Shown here piece by piece: positions 29,195 through 40,733 of a DNA stretch of 64,000 bases; position 1 is the first letter of the stretch; every line of letters starts with the position of its first letter. The stretch is from assembly GCF_001194135.2 (NCBI RefSeq), contig NC_069006.1:16539763-16603762 (forward strand), written 5' to 3'. The position numbers and the translations under genes are program-made. Origin of the DNA: Octopus bimaculoides (taxonomy: Eukaryota). The notes beneath the pieces were generated by a model. That model searched no databases, was not told the origin of the DNA, and saw only the letters and a list, made by a program, of their open reading frames with translations.

Positions 29195-29956
29195 ATAGAT
29201 ATATATATATATAGACACATACACACAACATATATATATATTATTCATTCACTTGGTTTCAATGTCCAATTTTCCATGCAAACCTGTCTCAGAAAGGAAC
29301 TGATTCTGAAACAAGATTTTATGGCTGGATGCTCTTTTCATTGCCAAATCTCACTTGTTTTTCAGGGAAGATATTTTTATATTACACAAGTCTTTGAATG
29401 TATAGAATAACTGGTCATAATATCAGTAAGTGAAATATCAACATTCAATCACATACACGTATACATATTACTATGATCCTCATCAGGATTGCTTCAACAT
29501 TCAAGTTTCCTTGCTTGCCTGAGTCAGATGGAATTTGTTGAGGTGGATTTTCTATAGCTAGATACCCGTTCTGTCACCAATCCTCATCTGTTTTGAAGAA
29601 AACTATTTTTCCATGACCAGGCATGTTTTCAAGTCATCTGAGACCAGTGGAAGGTAGAAAAGAAGAAATCCTCAAATAAGAGACCTGACCCAAATGCTTC
29701 TACTAAAGTATGCTCAGAAGTAGGTGATGGTGTTAAAATCGGTCAATAGATTGTGTTCCTGTGTATGATAACCCATGCTAGCATGGAAAGCGGACGTTAA
29801 ACAACGATGATGATGATGATGATGACGACACACTCAAAAGCATAGTCTTCCCATACATTATACACACACAAAAGTCTCTCTCTCTTTCTTTCTCTCTCCA
29901 CATACACACAAAACATTCCCTCTACACACAAACAAAAAAACAAATTCTACACTAAT

Positions 29957-29990
<34 letters not shown>

Positions 29991-30401
29991 CTACGTACCT
30001 TCTTTGCTTTCTTTCTAGGTCGTTATTACGAGATGTTTGTTCATCAAGATGTCGCTTAATATCTTGCATTTCAGCATTCAGTTTGGTGCATTTCTTCTTC
30101 TGACTGCACACCTGTTGGCGTAGTGTTTCTCTCTCCTCTGTCGTCTCCTGACACTGCAATAACAACACATACAAATGTCTCATACTCAAACTTAATATCT
30201 CTCTCTCTCCCTACTCACACACACAAGAGCATCCACCCATAAAAACCATACCAGCACAGAGTGTGACAGAAACAGGTATCTTGGTGTAGGGGAGGTACAT
30301 GATGTGAGAGAGAGAGAGAGAGAGAGAGAGAGCAGGAATGAGCACAGAAACAGGTGTGCTGTTGTAAAGGAGGTACATGGCTATCCAATCGGAGGGAAGA
30401 G

Positions 30402-30435
<34 letters not shown>

Positions 30436-33404
30436 GGAGACAACAAGAGTGCAGGAAAGAGATGATGATATAGTGCTGGGGTATACTCACAAGGAATGGG
30501 GATCAGATATAAATGGGATGCTAGGGTAAAGGAAGAGAGAGAGAGATGGTGGCAAGCACAAAGGTCATAATATATAAGTAGCAGGGTATTGTCAAAGAAG
30601 CAGAATAGTGAAGAATAGTGCAGTAGCTGGTGAAAACCTGGGTGGGGGACTATGGGATAGCAATGATACAGTGAGCAGGGCTGTGGGGACAGGATTGGTG
30701 AGTGAGTGATGAGCATGGTGCATAAAAGAGGAAATGTGAGGAAGAGAAGAGATGTAGTTTGGCTTGTTGGGGTAAAAGTGTGTGGAAAATGTTATTGTTA
30801 CATGTGTGTATTTGGAAACAAGATTTTACTTCATAAAGCTACCAGAATGAGAGTAAGTGTGTGTACATGTGTGCGTGTGTGGGGAAAAATGTGTGTAGGT
30901 TTGACATATGAGTAAATACTCAAAAACATGAAGGGAAATAAAGAATAAAGGTCAAATGGTGTATGTGGAGGTTGACAAGGATAAGGTATTACAATGACCT
31001 TTTCCTAACAGACTTTCACCTCAACAGTTAGCATTTTATGCCTCGACCTCTTCCATAACATGTTCTAGCTTTTTTTGTCTTTTTCATCTCCCATTCAATG
31101 TTTCATATAATTCTGCCTTTTTATTCATTATTCACATTTGTACACAAACTCAGGTTATCTCCCTTCATTTCCAATCCCCCCCCCTATTCCATCTAATTAA
31201 CTTTTTATCTTTTACTTGTTTCAGTCATTGGACTGTAGCCATATTCTAGCAACACCTTGAATGATTTTACTTGAAGAAATCTACTCTAGTATTTAGATTT
31301 TTTTTTTTTAAGCCTCACACTTACTCTATCAGTTTCTTTTACACAGCTGCTAAATACTGGGGATGTAAGCAAACCAACACTGGTTGTCATGCAGTGAGCA
31401 GGCGAGACAAGCGCGCACGCACGATGGGTTTTCACAGTTTCTGTTTATCACATGATGTCAAGAAACAGATATACACACACACTACATACATCCACACATG
31501 CATATATAACAGGTTTCTTCCAGCTTCTATCTACAAAATTCACTTACAAGGCATTGGTCAGCCCGGGACTATATTAAAAGACACTTGCCCAAAGTCTCAA
31601 GATTTTCTCACAAACTTTTCACTTTCACCTCTACGGTAAAGGCTTTGGTTTGGAAGTTAGACTGTGTTTGTGTGTGCGCATGTGCCTATGCATGTGTGAA
31701 TCAGGTGTTTACACTCTATGACAGTCACAATTAATAGTGTTATTGTCACTTCTGTCAATAACTTGTCTTAGTGAAAAACAGGTAGGCATTAGTGACAGGA
31801 CATAAAACAGTGTCTCAATAAAACATAAACAGATATAAAACAGTGTCTCAATAATATATGTACATCTAACCTATGCAAGCATGGTAAAATGGATATAAAA
31901 TGAACATACATATGAGTGTATATGTCTATTTTATACATCTATATCTTACTTACCACACACACATACATGTATTTATACAAACACATAGACACACACTGAG
32001 ATTCACACACAAAACACAAATTTAGTATTGATTTTGCTGTTATCTAATTTGACTGCTTCTCATCACAGAATAATGAAAAGATCACAAGTGGAAGATGCTG
32101 AAAACAAACTACTGCTGAGATCTTAAGCTCTTTAGCACTGAAGGGTTTCTTTTTTATATTTGGAAGCTGCTGAAAATAGAATCTACAAATGGCCACATGA
32201 CAAACCATTCAAAAAACAAATTTTGTGCTGGAATGGCTGGCTAATTAAAGGCAGACTTAACTTAGGAGGACGTCAGCCAGGTAAATAAACAGATATTTGA
32301 CAAAACAACTGACTTAACTCGCAGCAAGACAAATAAAGTTTATCTAAGCTCCTCTCATCCAGAACTTTCTCATAGCAGCAGCTTGGAAGGCAAAATTTTG
32401 GACTGGTTTGTTCAAACAGCAGTCAAGGACAAAATTGGAATTTCCATTAGGGGACAGTAACAAATGTGGCTTATATGTGTTTACAATGAGAGGGGGGGGA
32501 CTGTTGATTGATCAACCTGGTCGAAATTGCAGTTAATCCTGCCTTCAAATAAGCTCAAGTAATGTAGTCTTAGATATGCTATGTGTGAATAAAAGATGGG
32601 ATGATTGTGACTGGAAAATCTGATCATAGGTCTGCTAGATCAATGTTCACCAGGAGTTAAAAGCAGCAGTTATGTATGTGGAGATACAGAAACAAAGAGA
32701 AGGTGACAGCGAGACACATGACAGTAACACAGGGACGGTAGCACAAAAGTCAGAGAAACAAAAACAGTTAATACAGGGATCAGAAAAACAAGAGTCAAGG
32801 AGACAGGAGGAAATAGAAAACAGATAAACAACATTCAGGGAGATAGAAAAGATGGAAGTAGGAGACACTGAGACAGGTGTTAGAAAGGGTCACTGAGATA
32901 GGTGGATATTGAGACGAGTCAGTGAGACAAGGGTCAAGAAAACAGGAGTCAGTGAGATTGGGGTTATTGGCATAGGGGACACTGATGCAAGAGGCATTAA
33001 CACTGGGTTCAAGGGACAGAACAGTAAAATAGTAACAAATACCCTTTTCTCTAGATGTCGCTTAATGTTCTGTTCTTGTTGTAGTTCTTCCTCGTGTTGA
33101 TGTTGTAGTTGTTGTTTCAGGAAGTGAAGTTCTTTCCGGGATTTCTCGTAGCGTTCTTTGTAAACACTCTCTGTAAACAGACCACAAGTTTGAGACACTG
33201 TAAACTAGTGAGGACTACAGTAGTCCACACACATACCTACATATCAAACACCTCACACAACCTGAAATGCTGTCAAGATGTGTTAATAACAATAACAACA
33301 ATAATAATATTGATAATAAGAATATAATCCACTACAATAACAGGTGTATTGATTAAAATGATGAAAAAAGATGCAAACAAATTCAAAACACAAAACCCCA
33401 GGAC

Positions 33405-33438
<34 letters not shown>

Positions 33439-36400
33439 CACCAAAAGATGGCAGTGCTAGTTACTGCTTACATATTAAGTAGAGAACCTCTGGAATTATA
33501 TTACATAACCTACAGAAAATAATACTACTGGGTACTGGCCATAAATTACATAGAGTACTGTAGGACTTACACATCATCATCATCATCGTTCAACGTCTGC
33601 TTTCCATGCTAGCATGGGTTGAACGATTTGACTGAGGACTGGTGGACCAGATGGCTATACCAGGCTCCAATCTGATTTGGCAGAGTTTCTACAGCTGGAT
33701 GCCCTTCCTAACGCCAACCACTCTGAGNNNNNNNNNNTTCTACAGCTGGATGCCCTTCCTAACGCCAACCACTCTGAGAGTGTAGTCGGTGCTTTTATGT
33801 GCCACCGGCACAAAGGCCAGTCAAGCGGTACTGGCAACGGCCACGCTCAAAATGGTGTATTTTACGTGCCACCTGCACAGGAGCCAGTCAGGCGGTACTG
33901 GCAATGGCCACGCTCGACACATAAAACATAAGTCTAAGGCACAGTAGACATTTATGTACTCTACTATCAATACAACAGAACACAAAATCAAAACCAAATA
34001 CCTCACATGCCCAAAGCACACAGAACTCTGTAGTGTTGTCAAAGCATGACAAAAATAAAACCTATGAAATAATAAGGATTCGCTTTACTATAGGCCTGAA
34101 ATTTTGGGGGAGTGGGCGAGTCAATTATATCAACCTCAGTGCTCAAAGGTACTTATTTTATTGACCCCTGAAAGGATGAGAAGCAAAGTTGACCTGGGCG
34201 GAATTTGAATATACAGTCACTGAGAAGAAATGCTGACGAGCATTTTGTCTTGTATGCTTAATGATTCTTTAGGCTCACAATCTTAGGAAAAAAAAAATAG
34301 TGATTTCAAATTTTGGCACAAGGCCAGCAATTTGAGGTAAGGGTTTAAGTGGATTACATTGACCCTAGTGCTCAACTGGTACTTATTTTATTGACCCCCA
34401 AAAGGGTGAAAGGTGAAGTCAATCTTGGCAGCACTTGAACTTAGAATGTAAAGGTAGATGAAATACTGCTAAGCATTTTGCCTGACATGCTAATGGTTGT
34501 TGCAAAGCATTTTGTCCAATGTGTTGATAATTCTGTCTCCCCACCACCACATTATAATTATTTTTATTATTATTAACCGTTTAGTGTTTAAACCGGCCAT
34601 ATCTGGCCCAGATATTCTACATGTTTTATATTCAAACTGGCGATATCTAGCCCCTCACACCTAACCTACATTGACATTCTAAAAATAAACAATCACATCA
34701 TTGAAACCTCAAAGCTATAAGATAATGCATGATTAATTCAAAACAGTTTGAGTGAAAAAGTATTACATTTAACAGAGTAATCTGAACACTAAAGGGTTAA
34801 TAATAATAATTTGTAATATAGACACAAAACCAGGAATATTTCGTGTTTGGGCAAATTGATATATTTTATAAATTCTGAAAGGATGAAAGGCAAAGTTAGC
34901 CTTGAAAGGATTTGAACTTAGAATGCGAAAAGCAAGGGGAACAGAATATAGCAAGGCATTATTTTATCCAATGTTGTAACAATTCTTTCAATATCCACCT
35001 TTATAACAACAACTTCTGACATCAGCCAGCACAAGGCCCCCGAATTATGTGGGAGCAGATGTGATGATTAAACTAAAAAATACTTTTACTAATAACATCC
35101 AGGAAAGATGAAAAGTTAAAAGAAATCTAACAAATGAGGGGGATGAAGAAATTGGGATGGTGGGGGGCATCAGCATCGGGTGTACTGTTGGCAAATTTCA
35201 GGAAGCATGGACGTTTTGAAAGATGTAGTGCCTTGACAGGTAACAACTGATGCAAGTAGTTTATTCCATACTTCAGAAATTCTTAGTAGGATTTCACCAG
35301 TTCTCTGAGAAAAAATAAAAGATGGGAATCTCTCTAACCATAAGTCTGCTTGACCAAGGCTGACTGTGCATTAAATAGCAAACAAACTCTAACCCTACAA
35401 CAGAGCAACATTTGGGAAGAAGGTATATGTTTAAGGTAACTCACCATCAGCTGTATCTTCTTCTGCATCACCATCAAATGAGGTTGCTTGCCAAAGACGA
35501 CATTGCATCACTTCACGCTCCAGCTTCTCATTTTGTCGACGTGTCTGATTGTATTTACCCTGTGGATGAAAGGTCATGCACACATCAGATAGTTGGTGAA
35601 ATAATGTTAAATACAGACAGGCCTCTCTCCCTTTCTCTTTCGTGTCATTAAGCAATGGAAAATGTGAATATTCAAATTTCATGTCATTAATACTCCACCC
35701 CTCCTCAAACACAAATACTTATATTTACTTGTCCACTTACAAAGAAACATCAGATGTATATCCAACATACATCCTGCAGAACGCAAACTTTCCATCTATA
35801 TTACAAAGAGTTAGTTCCCTTGCCTTCAGACTTCACTTTTACCTTCTGAAAACATCACATTACATCACCGTCTATACTAGGGGTGGGGAAACTTTATAGT
35901 GCGGTGGGCAAAAATTTCCTAAGAAAATGGTCCATGGGCAGATCATATCTTCTAACTCTCATATCTGTGTAAATCTTGTATATATCTATGTATAATTCGA
36001 TATACATTAATAAAGATAAGTTTAACACATTAAATTAACACGTAACATCTTCATTAACACTTTAGTGTTCAAATTACTCTGACAAGTGCAAAGCTTATTT
36101 GTTCATATTATTTTGAATTAATCCTGTATTATCTCATTGATTCGAGATTTTGATGACATTACTGTCCATATTTAGAATGAATTATAGGATAAGTGTGAGA
36201 GACTAGATCTAGCCAGTTTGAACATAAAACAGGAGGCATATTTAGGCCGGATATGGTCAGTTTAAATGCTAAAGGGTTAATGCCACCACTGAATTTAGGA
36301 CGTTTATATTACTTATGAGGTATTCTATATTTTTCAGCTAATGTAGTCGGGTCTCAAAGGGGTGGTACAAGCCTAGTAATATGTGTTTTATAGTGAAAGC

Positions 36401-37172
36401 AAAATTCCCATTCAAATAGTAGAAATGCGACCTATATCGAAAATAGGCATAGGAATATTGTATAAATCTTATAATTGAAACATTTATATATTTTGTACAT
36501 ACGAGTATACAAGCCTGCGGGCGCAATACAATGGGCTCGCGGGGGTTTCCCCACCCCTGGTCTATACTGTAGTAGTTTCCTGATTAGGCTAAATAAACTC
36601 CAACTTAGATTATGAATGACTGAAATTTGTGAGGTAGACCAAACACACCATCCAGAAAAAGGGATAACTTGCATGCTACCTGCATAGCATTAAAATATAC
36701 ATGCTGTATTTCTCAGTTCTCAAACTTCCCAATGAAATGTCATAAGAGTCAAGGTGCAATTTTTATAAATCTATTTCAAGTTAAATTTTATTAAATTCCC
36801 AGACATATAATGATATTCGAAAGTGGGGGTGGGCTGCTTATCTTACTTAAAACTAAACATATGGATATATGTAAGTGATTTGCCAATAACAAGATTATTA
36901 AAAAAAAAAAAAATTGACAAGCAGCAAGAAAAAGTTTACCATCACTTTATATATTCTTTTTTGTTTAAATTTGTTTCAGTCATTTGACTGTGGCCATGCT
37001 GGAGCACTACCTTTAGTCGAACAAATCAATCCCAGGACTTATTCTTTGTAAGCCTAGTACTTATTCTATTGGTCTCTTTTGCCAAACCACTAAGTTACAG
37101 AGACTTAAACACACCAAGTGATGGTGGGAGGACAAATACAGTCACACAAACATATTGGAATCTAAATTTTTT

Positions 37173-37213
<41 letters not shown>

Positions 37214-39391
37214 CACAGACACACACACGACAGGCTTCTTTCAGTTTCCATCAACCAAATCCACTCACAAGGCTTCGGTCGGCCCGAGGCTATAGTAGAT
37301 GACACTTGCCCAAGGTGCCACGCAGTGGGACTGAACCCGGAACCATGTGGTTGGTAAGCAAGCTATTTACCACACAGCCACTCCTGCGCCTATGCACATA
37401 TATATTTTGCTTTCATGAGAGCTTCATGGTAGCAGCAATAATTGCTTTTAAGGAAAACTTCACACCTTTTTGGTAAAGTTTTCACACTCAGAACATTTTG
37501 GAAGATTCATCTAGTAAACCACACCAGATTTTTAAGTCATGCAAAAAGAAAAATTTTCTTTAGACAAATGTCTTTAAAATGTCATAATATTGAACAACAT
37601 GAATTACCTGGACATCCTTGAGTTCCTTTTCAAGACGCATTCGTTCAGCAGTTTCTTGCTCAAGCATTTCAGATGCATGGCTGGTGGTTGTTGCTTCCTC
37701 TGCGAGGTCAGCGTTCAATTCTGAGAGCTACAACAACAAAACAGCAACAATTAAATCCATGCAATAGTGGCCATAATAGCATCATATATCCACGAGGTCT
37801 AATAGTTTTATCACTAGGATATAATACAGTAGCGAGTGTGTGTGTGTGTATAGAACATATATCGTAAGAGTTGCCAGGAGTATGTGTATGTGTATGTGTG
37901 TACATAAGCACAACTTACTCTGGAGTCAAGTCGGTCACAGTGTAACTTGTATTCGTTCTTCTCACGTTCAACTTTTTCAAACTTCACCTTCAGTTGTTCC
38001 AATTCAGCCTGAAATACAACAGAGATCTTGGGTCACACAAAGATATATATATATATATAGAGAGAGAGATAGAAAGAGAGAGGGAGAGAGAGGGGGAGAG
38101 AGAGAGAGAGATAATTAACACAATAATGATCTTGGTACAGACAGTCACATAGATATAACAATGACCAGAGACAGAAGATATATATTATTTGAGAGAGAGA
38201 AACAATATTGTTCTCACATCAATGGGACAGTGTTGCAGCTGCTGTTAAATAATAACATCCCAGATTCACATTAATATCCAGGATGTTCATAGAACTGGGA
38301 CAGCACTTCAGATACTAAATGTTAATCTGTGTAACAGTAACAACTGTCCATATATCTGGGACAATACTGCTACTGCTGCTGCTATTACAAGTACCAACAT
38401 AAGATAACATCCTAAACTGGACATCTCTTAAGAACCAAGAAATACTTCCCCCATAATCAGTTGCTGATCTTGTACAAAGCTCAACAAGTAAGATCCAAAT
38501 TGAAATGTTTCTCAAACACATCCAGAAGACTAGGTTTTTGTCCCTCAATGTCCAATACTACTTCCATTGCATTTAACTGGTCATCTTCAACTCAGTAAGA
38601 CCCACATTGGACTACTGCTCACATATACGGAACAGTGGTGTTGCTACATGCACAAACATCCTGGGTCTCATACTGGAATAATGCTCACACATAAGGGACA
38701 GTGCTGCTGCTATATACATATATCCTGGGTCCATACCAGCATACTTCTCACATGTATGGAACACTTACTACCATTATTTCATATATTCCCCTTTTACAGA
38801 GCTTTTACGAGAAGCCTCTTGTTACAAACGACCAGTGATGTCACATAAAGCTGGTGGGGGGCTACAAACATATTATGTGATACAGTAGTGCTGCTTGCTG
38901 GTGATGACAAAATTTTTGTTAGCCAATTAAAAAGCACAGACAACTGTACATTTGTTGTCTACATAAGATGATTTCTTGAGACGTGTGCCACAGTCTAAGG
39001 CATTCTAAATAACCAATCCAATTTAGGATGGATGTGCTAATTAATCAATATCATTGTCATCATCCTTTAGCATCCATTCTTCATGCTGGCATGGGTTGCA
39101 TGGTTTGACCAGAGCGGGCGATGCAAGAGAGCTGCACCAGTTACTAATCTGATTTGGCCTGGTTTCTATGACTGGATGTTGTTCCTAAGTGCTGGGTGCT
39201 TTCTACGTGAAGATGGCATGGGTGCTTTATTATGTGGCACCGGCAGTGATGCATTTTACATACACCCACATATATATGTGTGTGTGTGTGTGTGTGAAAC
39301 ATATATGTATATGAAACATATTGCATGTATATAACAAAAATTAGATAGAAAGACAGACAGACAAAGATAGGTAGGAAGGTAGAGAGGAAAG

Positions 39392-39439
<48 letters not shown>

Positions 39440-39462
39440 TAGATAGATAGATAGATAGATAT

Positions 39463-39494
<32 letters not shown>

Positions 39495-39683
39495 ATAAAT
39501 AGATAGATAGGTATAATAACTAAAATTTAAAGAACTGACCTCTTTGTTTTTTAGTTCCTCCTCAGTTTTGTGGACATTAAGTAGAGGTTTGACCCGGACA
39601 TACAATCGCCACCATGGCCAGTCTCGGATAAGCATGAATTTTCTCACATTCTTCTGTATACAGCTAATGGCTGTCTGTTGTAG
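866..39683 (-). CDS. MYO18A: Unconventional myosin-XVIII (MYO18A/Mhcl-like), partial multi-exon gene: IQ motif plus coiled-coil tail
   Basis: 13 exons with AG/GT (one GC) boundaries and mutually consistent phases join into about 524 aa. The translation matches remembered MYO18A motifs in colinear order: [52 protein letters not shown]. The motor-domain exons and the last tail exons were not found in the window. Confidence 0.93.
1362..1475 (-). CDS. MYO18A: MYO18 exon: [38 protein letters not shown]
   Basis: tttcag acceptor, GAT|gtaagt donor, 114 nt, phase 0/0. Confidence 0.94.
1754..2092 (-). mobile_element. tRNA-derived SINE-like element carrying a hammerhead-ribozyme core
   Basis: Minus strand: A-box TGGCGTAGTGG (2047-2057), B-box-like GAGTTTGATTCC (2003-2014), (AAT)n linker, CTGATGA-A-GGCTG-loop-CAGCC-GAAAC (1850-1882) and an AATGTA-repeat tail. 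A 13-bp direct repeat CAAATATATGACA lies at 1741-1753 and 2093-2105. Confidence 0.7.
1845..1887 (-). ncRNA. Minimal type I hammerhead ribozyme motif, stem I damaged
   Basis: Intact CUGAUGA and GAAA boxes, 5-bp stem II GGCUG/CAGCC, palindromic stem III ACAUGU. There is no partner strand for the 5' stem I sequence GACAC. Confidence 0.6.
2661..2788 (-). CDS. MYO18A: MYO18 exon: (D)[42 protein letters not shown]
   Basis: ttttcag acceptor, CAG|gtaagg donor, 128 nt, phase 1/0. Confidence 0.94.
3456..3836 (-). mobile_element. SINE family A
   Basis: Same family; its 3' end abuts the N gap 3144-3455. Confidence 0.85.
4271..4394 (-). CDS. MYO18A: MYO18 exon: [41 protein letters not shown]
   Basis: tttag acceptor, G|gtaatt donor, 124 nt, phase 0/1. 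Confidence 0.92.
5051..5266 (+). mobile_element. About 215-bp interspersed repeat family C (GGCACAAGGCC...GAAAGGATGAAAGGCAAAGTC...TTTGAACTCAG), usually next to (AAT)n
   Basis: More than 10 copies by eye, at about 2250-2540, 2975-3140, 4820-4995, 5810-6000, 16065-16240, 34090-34530, 34830-35010, 53170-53270, 57800-58130 and 61771-61991; probably a SINE. Confidence 0.72.
5267..5540. repeat. (AAT)n/(AGC) compound microsatellite, representative of many in the window
   Basis: Direct reading. (TA)n, (CA)n, (GA)n, (GATA)n, (CATT)n and ACC-rich cryptic repeats occur throughout, e.g. 18060-18350, 20750-20920, 48060-48400, 50870-51350. Confidence 0.95.
6097..6207 (-). CDS. MYO18A: MYO18 exon: [37 protein letters not shown] (GC donor)
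   Basis: tttacag acceptor, AAG|gcaaga non-canonical donor, 111 nt, phase 0/0; the QKK|LKQ junction fits the MYO18A sequence. Confidence 0.9.
8394..8505. repeat. Loop-less palindrome
   Basis: Core 8404-8495 has 46-bp arms with 2 mismatches, centred on GTTATAAC; imperfect extension of about 10 bp each side. Confidence 0.9.
8804..8905 (-). CDS. MYO18A: MYO18 exon: [34 protein letters not shown]
   Basis: tttcag acceptor, CAG|gtaagt donor, 102 nt, phase 0/0. Confidence 0.94.
9096..9317. mobile_element. piggyBac-type MITE family 2
   Basis: TTAA TSD and CCCTTTAG TIR; copies at 34577-34796, 36058-36276 and 47357-47578, partial copies at about 19785-19985 and 44030-44113. Confidence 0.82.
9536..9762 (+). 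mobile_element. Mariner-derived MITE
   Basis: TIRs of about 31 bp (TATGAAGGGGTGCTGAAAAGTTCCTGGCTTT versus its inverse) and a transposase C-terminal remnant [14 protein letters not shown]; an inverted copy lies at about 23350-23540. Confidence 0.75.
11549..11919 (-). mobile_element. SINE family A, full length
   Basis: Same family; TSD GCTTGGGACT (11538-11547, 11920-11929). Confidence 0.87.
13410..14260 (-). mobile_element. Degenerate RTE LINE reverse-transcriptase fragment
   Basis: [58 protein letters not shown] matches the RTE RT motif YRGIKL...QFGF...TTDAIF. Confidence 0.8.
15628..15994 (+). mobile_element. R4/Dong-like non-LTR retrotransposon fragment (restriction-like endonuclease C-terminus plus 3' end)
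   Basis: [34 protein letters not shown], then after a frameshift [13 protein letters not shown]; lies between a (TAA)n/(GAA)n run and a long (AAT)n run. Confidence 0.7.
16261..16500 (+). mobile_element. Second, more degenerate R4-like endonuclease fragment
   Basis: [16 protein letters not shown] / [13 protein letters not shown] / [11 protein letters not shown] resembles the R4-clade pattern DREIKANRPDI...KEMEKLSKYKD...TETIPIIVGAL; preceded by (TAA)n. Confidence 0.55.
19200..19720 (-). mobile_element. Degenerate RTE/BovB-like LINE 3' ends
   Basis: [22 protein letters not shown] followed by a (GAT)n tail. Confidence 0.7.
21140..21803. other. Assembly gap
   Basis: N run. Other gaps: 3144-3455, 17258-17611, 42345-43237, 45355-45576, 49477-49641, plus several short ones. 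Confidence 0.99.
21900..22665 (+). mobile_element. Internally deleted Tc1/maT (DD37D-like) transposon relic
   Basis: [26 protein letters not shown] and [21 protein letters not shown]; GCTAATTTTGA / TCAAAATTAGC inverted ends. Confidence 0.75.
23622..23908 (+). mobile_element. 5'-truncated RTE 3'-UTR copy with (GAT)n tail
   Basis: Same sequence as the UTR of 55181-55855. Other copies at about 11048-11208, 13293-13410 and 28322-28580 (+), and 33571-33915, 39055-39250 and 50090-50470 (-). Confidence 0.78.
26029..26407 (-). mobile_element. SINE family A, full length
   Basis: Near-identical to 55896-56277; TSD ACTGAGAGACT (26012-26022, 26408-26418). Confidence 0.88.
26595..26816. mobile_element. 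piggyBac-type MITE family 1
   Basis: TTAA on both sides, TIR CCCTTTCGTTACC. Confidence 0.85.
28073..28196 (-). CDS. MYO18A: MYO18 exon: (R)[41 protein letters not shown]
   Basis: tctag acceptor, AGT|gtaagc donor, 124 nt, phase 2/0. Confidence 0.93.
28882..29158. repeat. Fold-back inverted repeat, MITE-like
   Basis: Arms of about 110-120 bp with roughly 85-90% identity by eye, and a spacer of about 20 bp. Confidence 0.85.
29999..30153 (-). CDS. MYO18A: MYO18 exon: [51 protein letters not shown](R)
   Basis: ttgcag acceptor, AG|gtacgt donor, 155 nt, phase 0/2. Confidence 0.93.
33043..33170 (-). CDS. MYO18A: MYO18 exon: (E)[42 protein letters not shown]
   Basis: tttacag acceptor, AGG|gtattt donor, 128 nt, phase 1/0, matching the previous exon. 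Confidence 0.92.
35445..35559 (-). CDS. MYO18A: MYO18 exon: [38 protein letters not shown]
   Basis: ccacag acceptor, G|gtgagt donor, 115 nt, phase 0/1. Confidence 0.9.
35878..36559. mobile_element. hAT-type non-autonomous element with a nested piggyBac MITE
   Basis: TIR (C/T)AGGGGTGGGGAAAC and 8-bp TSD GTCTATAC (35870-35877, 36560-36567). Confidence 0.85.
36970..37392 (-). mobile_element. tRNA-derived SINE family B (CORE-like body, internal CA/TA microsatellite)
   Basis: Head TAGGCGCAGGAGTGGCTGTGTGG...GGTTCAGTCCC followed by CCTTGGGCAAGTGTC. Further copies at about 10730-10870, 14470-14835, 24127-24390, 31215-31600, 56770-57065 and 59850-60110. Confidence 0.8.
37608..37727 (-). CDS. MYO18A: MYO18 exon: [40 protein letters not shown]
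   Basis: ttgtag acceptor, CAG|gtaatt donor, 120 nt, phase 0/0; ETAERxRxEKE motif. Confidence 0.93.
37919..38008 (-). CDS. MYO18A: MYO18 exon: [30 protein letters not shown]
   Basis: atttcag acceptor, AGA|gtaagt donor, 90 nt, phase 0/0. Confidence 0.93.
39540..39683 (-). CDS. MYO18A: MYO18 exon, IQ/neck: [48 protein letters not shown]
   Basis: ttccag acceptor, GAG|gtcagt donor, 144 nt, phase 0/0; contains the myosin WPWW motif. Confidence 0.95.
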
Positions 39684-39849
39684 CTGGAATGAACAAAAAC
39701 AAACAAACAAACATAAACAAAATGTCCTTTAAATTACAACACGAGATTTACGTTCTTAACTGAAGAAAACAATAGCTCAAAATCACTGTGCGTGTGTACA
39801 CATATGCATATAGCATAGTTACCATGGATATAGTACTAGCATTACCAAT

Positions 39850-39880
<31 letters not shown>

Positions 39881-39882
<2 letters not shown>

Positions 39883-40699
39883 AAGGTGCATTTCAAAAGT
39901 TTTGAGACTTTTTCAAGAGAGACATTTATTAATTTCAAAGTACAAAACTCTAATCTCTTTCAAGGTAGGATCCTCTCACTTCAATGCACTTGTTGTAGCA
40001 CTCCAGCCACTTCATGAAGGCCCCATAGAAGTTTTCCAAGCTGAAGGTGTTCAGGACCCTTGTCATTCTCAGTGTCTTCCAAATGACCGCCCTTAAGGTT
40101 TTCCTTCAGCTTGGAGACTGCAGGGAGGGTGAGGGATAGTGTTGATGCCCATCTCTATCAAGTAGTTGGTTACCAGGATGGAATTGTGGACTAGTGCATT
40201 ATCATGGTGCAGATACTCTAGATTTTGGGGATGAAATTTCTTCTTGAACTCCCTCAAGACCTCCACAAAATACCCTTTGTTGACTGTCTGGCCAGAGGGA
40301 ACTCAGCGTTTATAGAAGATGTTCTTGAACTTGCTTTGCCTGGCCTTTTGTGCCAGTGAAAAACAGATGCTCAGCTCATACAATTTAGTCCATAAGCAGT
40401 CTGGGGTGTTTCATAAGTTTCTGTAGCATTGTTACCCAGTTTAACACTGAATCTTATTGCACAGTGAGCTTCTAAATTGTCTTCATGCCCCAACTGCATT
40501 CTGCAAATTAGTTAGCTATAATGATAAGTGTTTACCAGAGTGTGTTTAAAGTACTGCTATAGCTGCCTCCTTCAATCTGGAATAATAAAGGTTGGCAGGT
40601 CAGCTTATTAAATGTATGGTAATGATATACTAAAATTTCAATAATCTCAGAAAGTTATAACTGTCTCTCCTAAAAAGTTTCAACACGTCTGGAATGCAC

Positions 40700-40703
<4 letters not shown>
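39881..40703 (-). mobile_element. Internally deleted mariner (DD34D-like) transposon relic
   Basis: Minus strand reads TVNKGYFVEVLREFKKKF..LHHDNALVHNSILVTNYLIEMGINTIPHPP..YNKCIEVRGSYLE; degenerate TIRs of about 30 bp at both ends. Confidence 0.78.

Positions 40704-40733
<30 letters not shown>

Noticed and set aside
33686-33778. Tandem duplication across a 10-N gap
   Set aside because: The same sequence lies on both sides of the gap, a typical scaffolding artefact.
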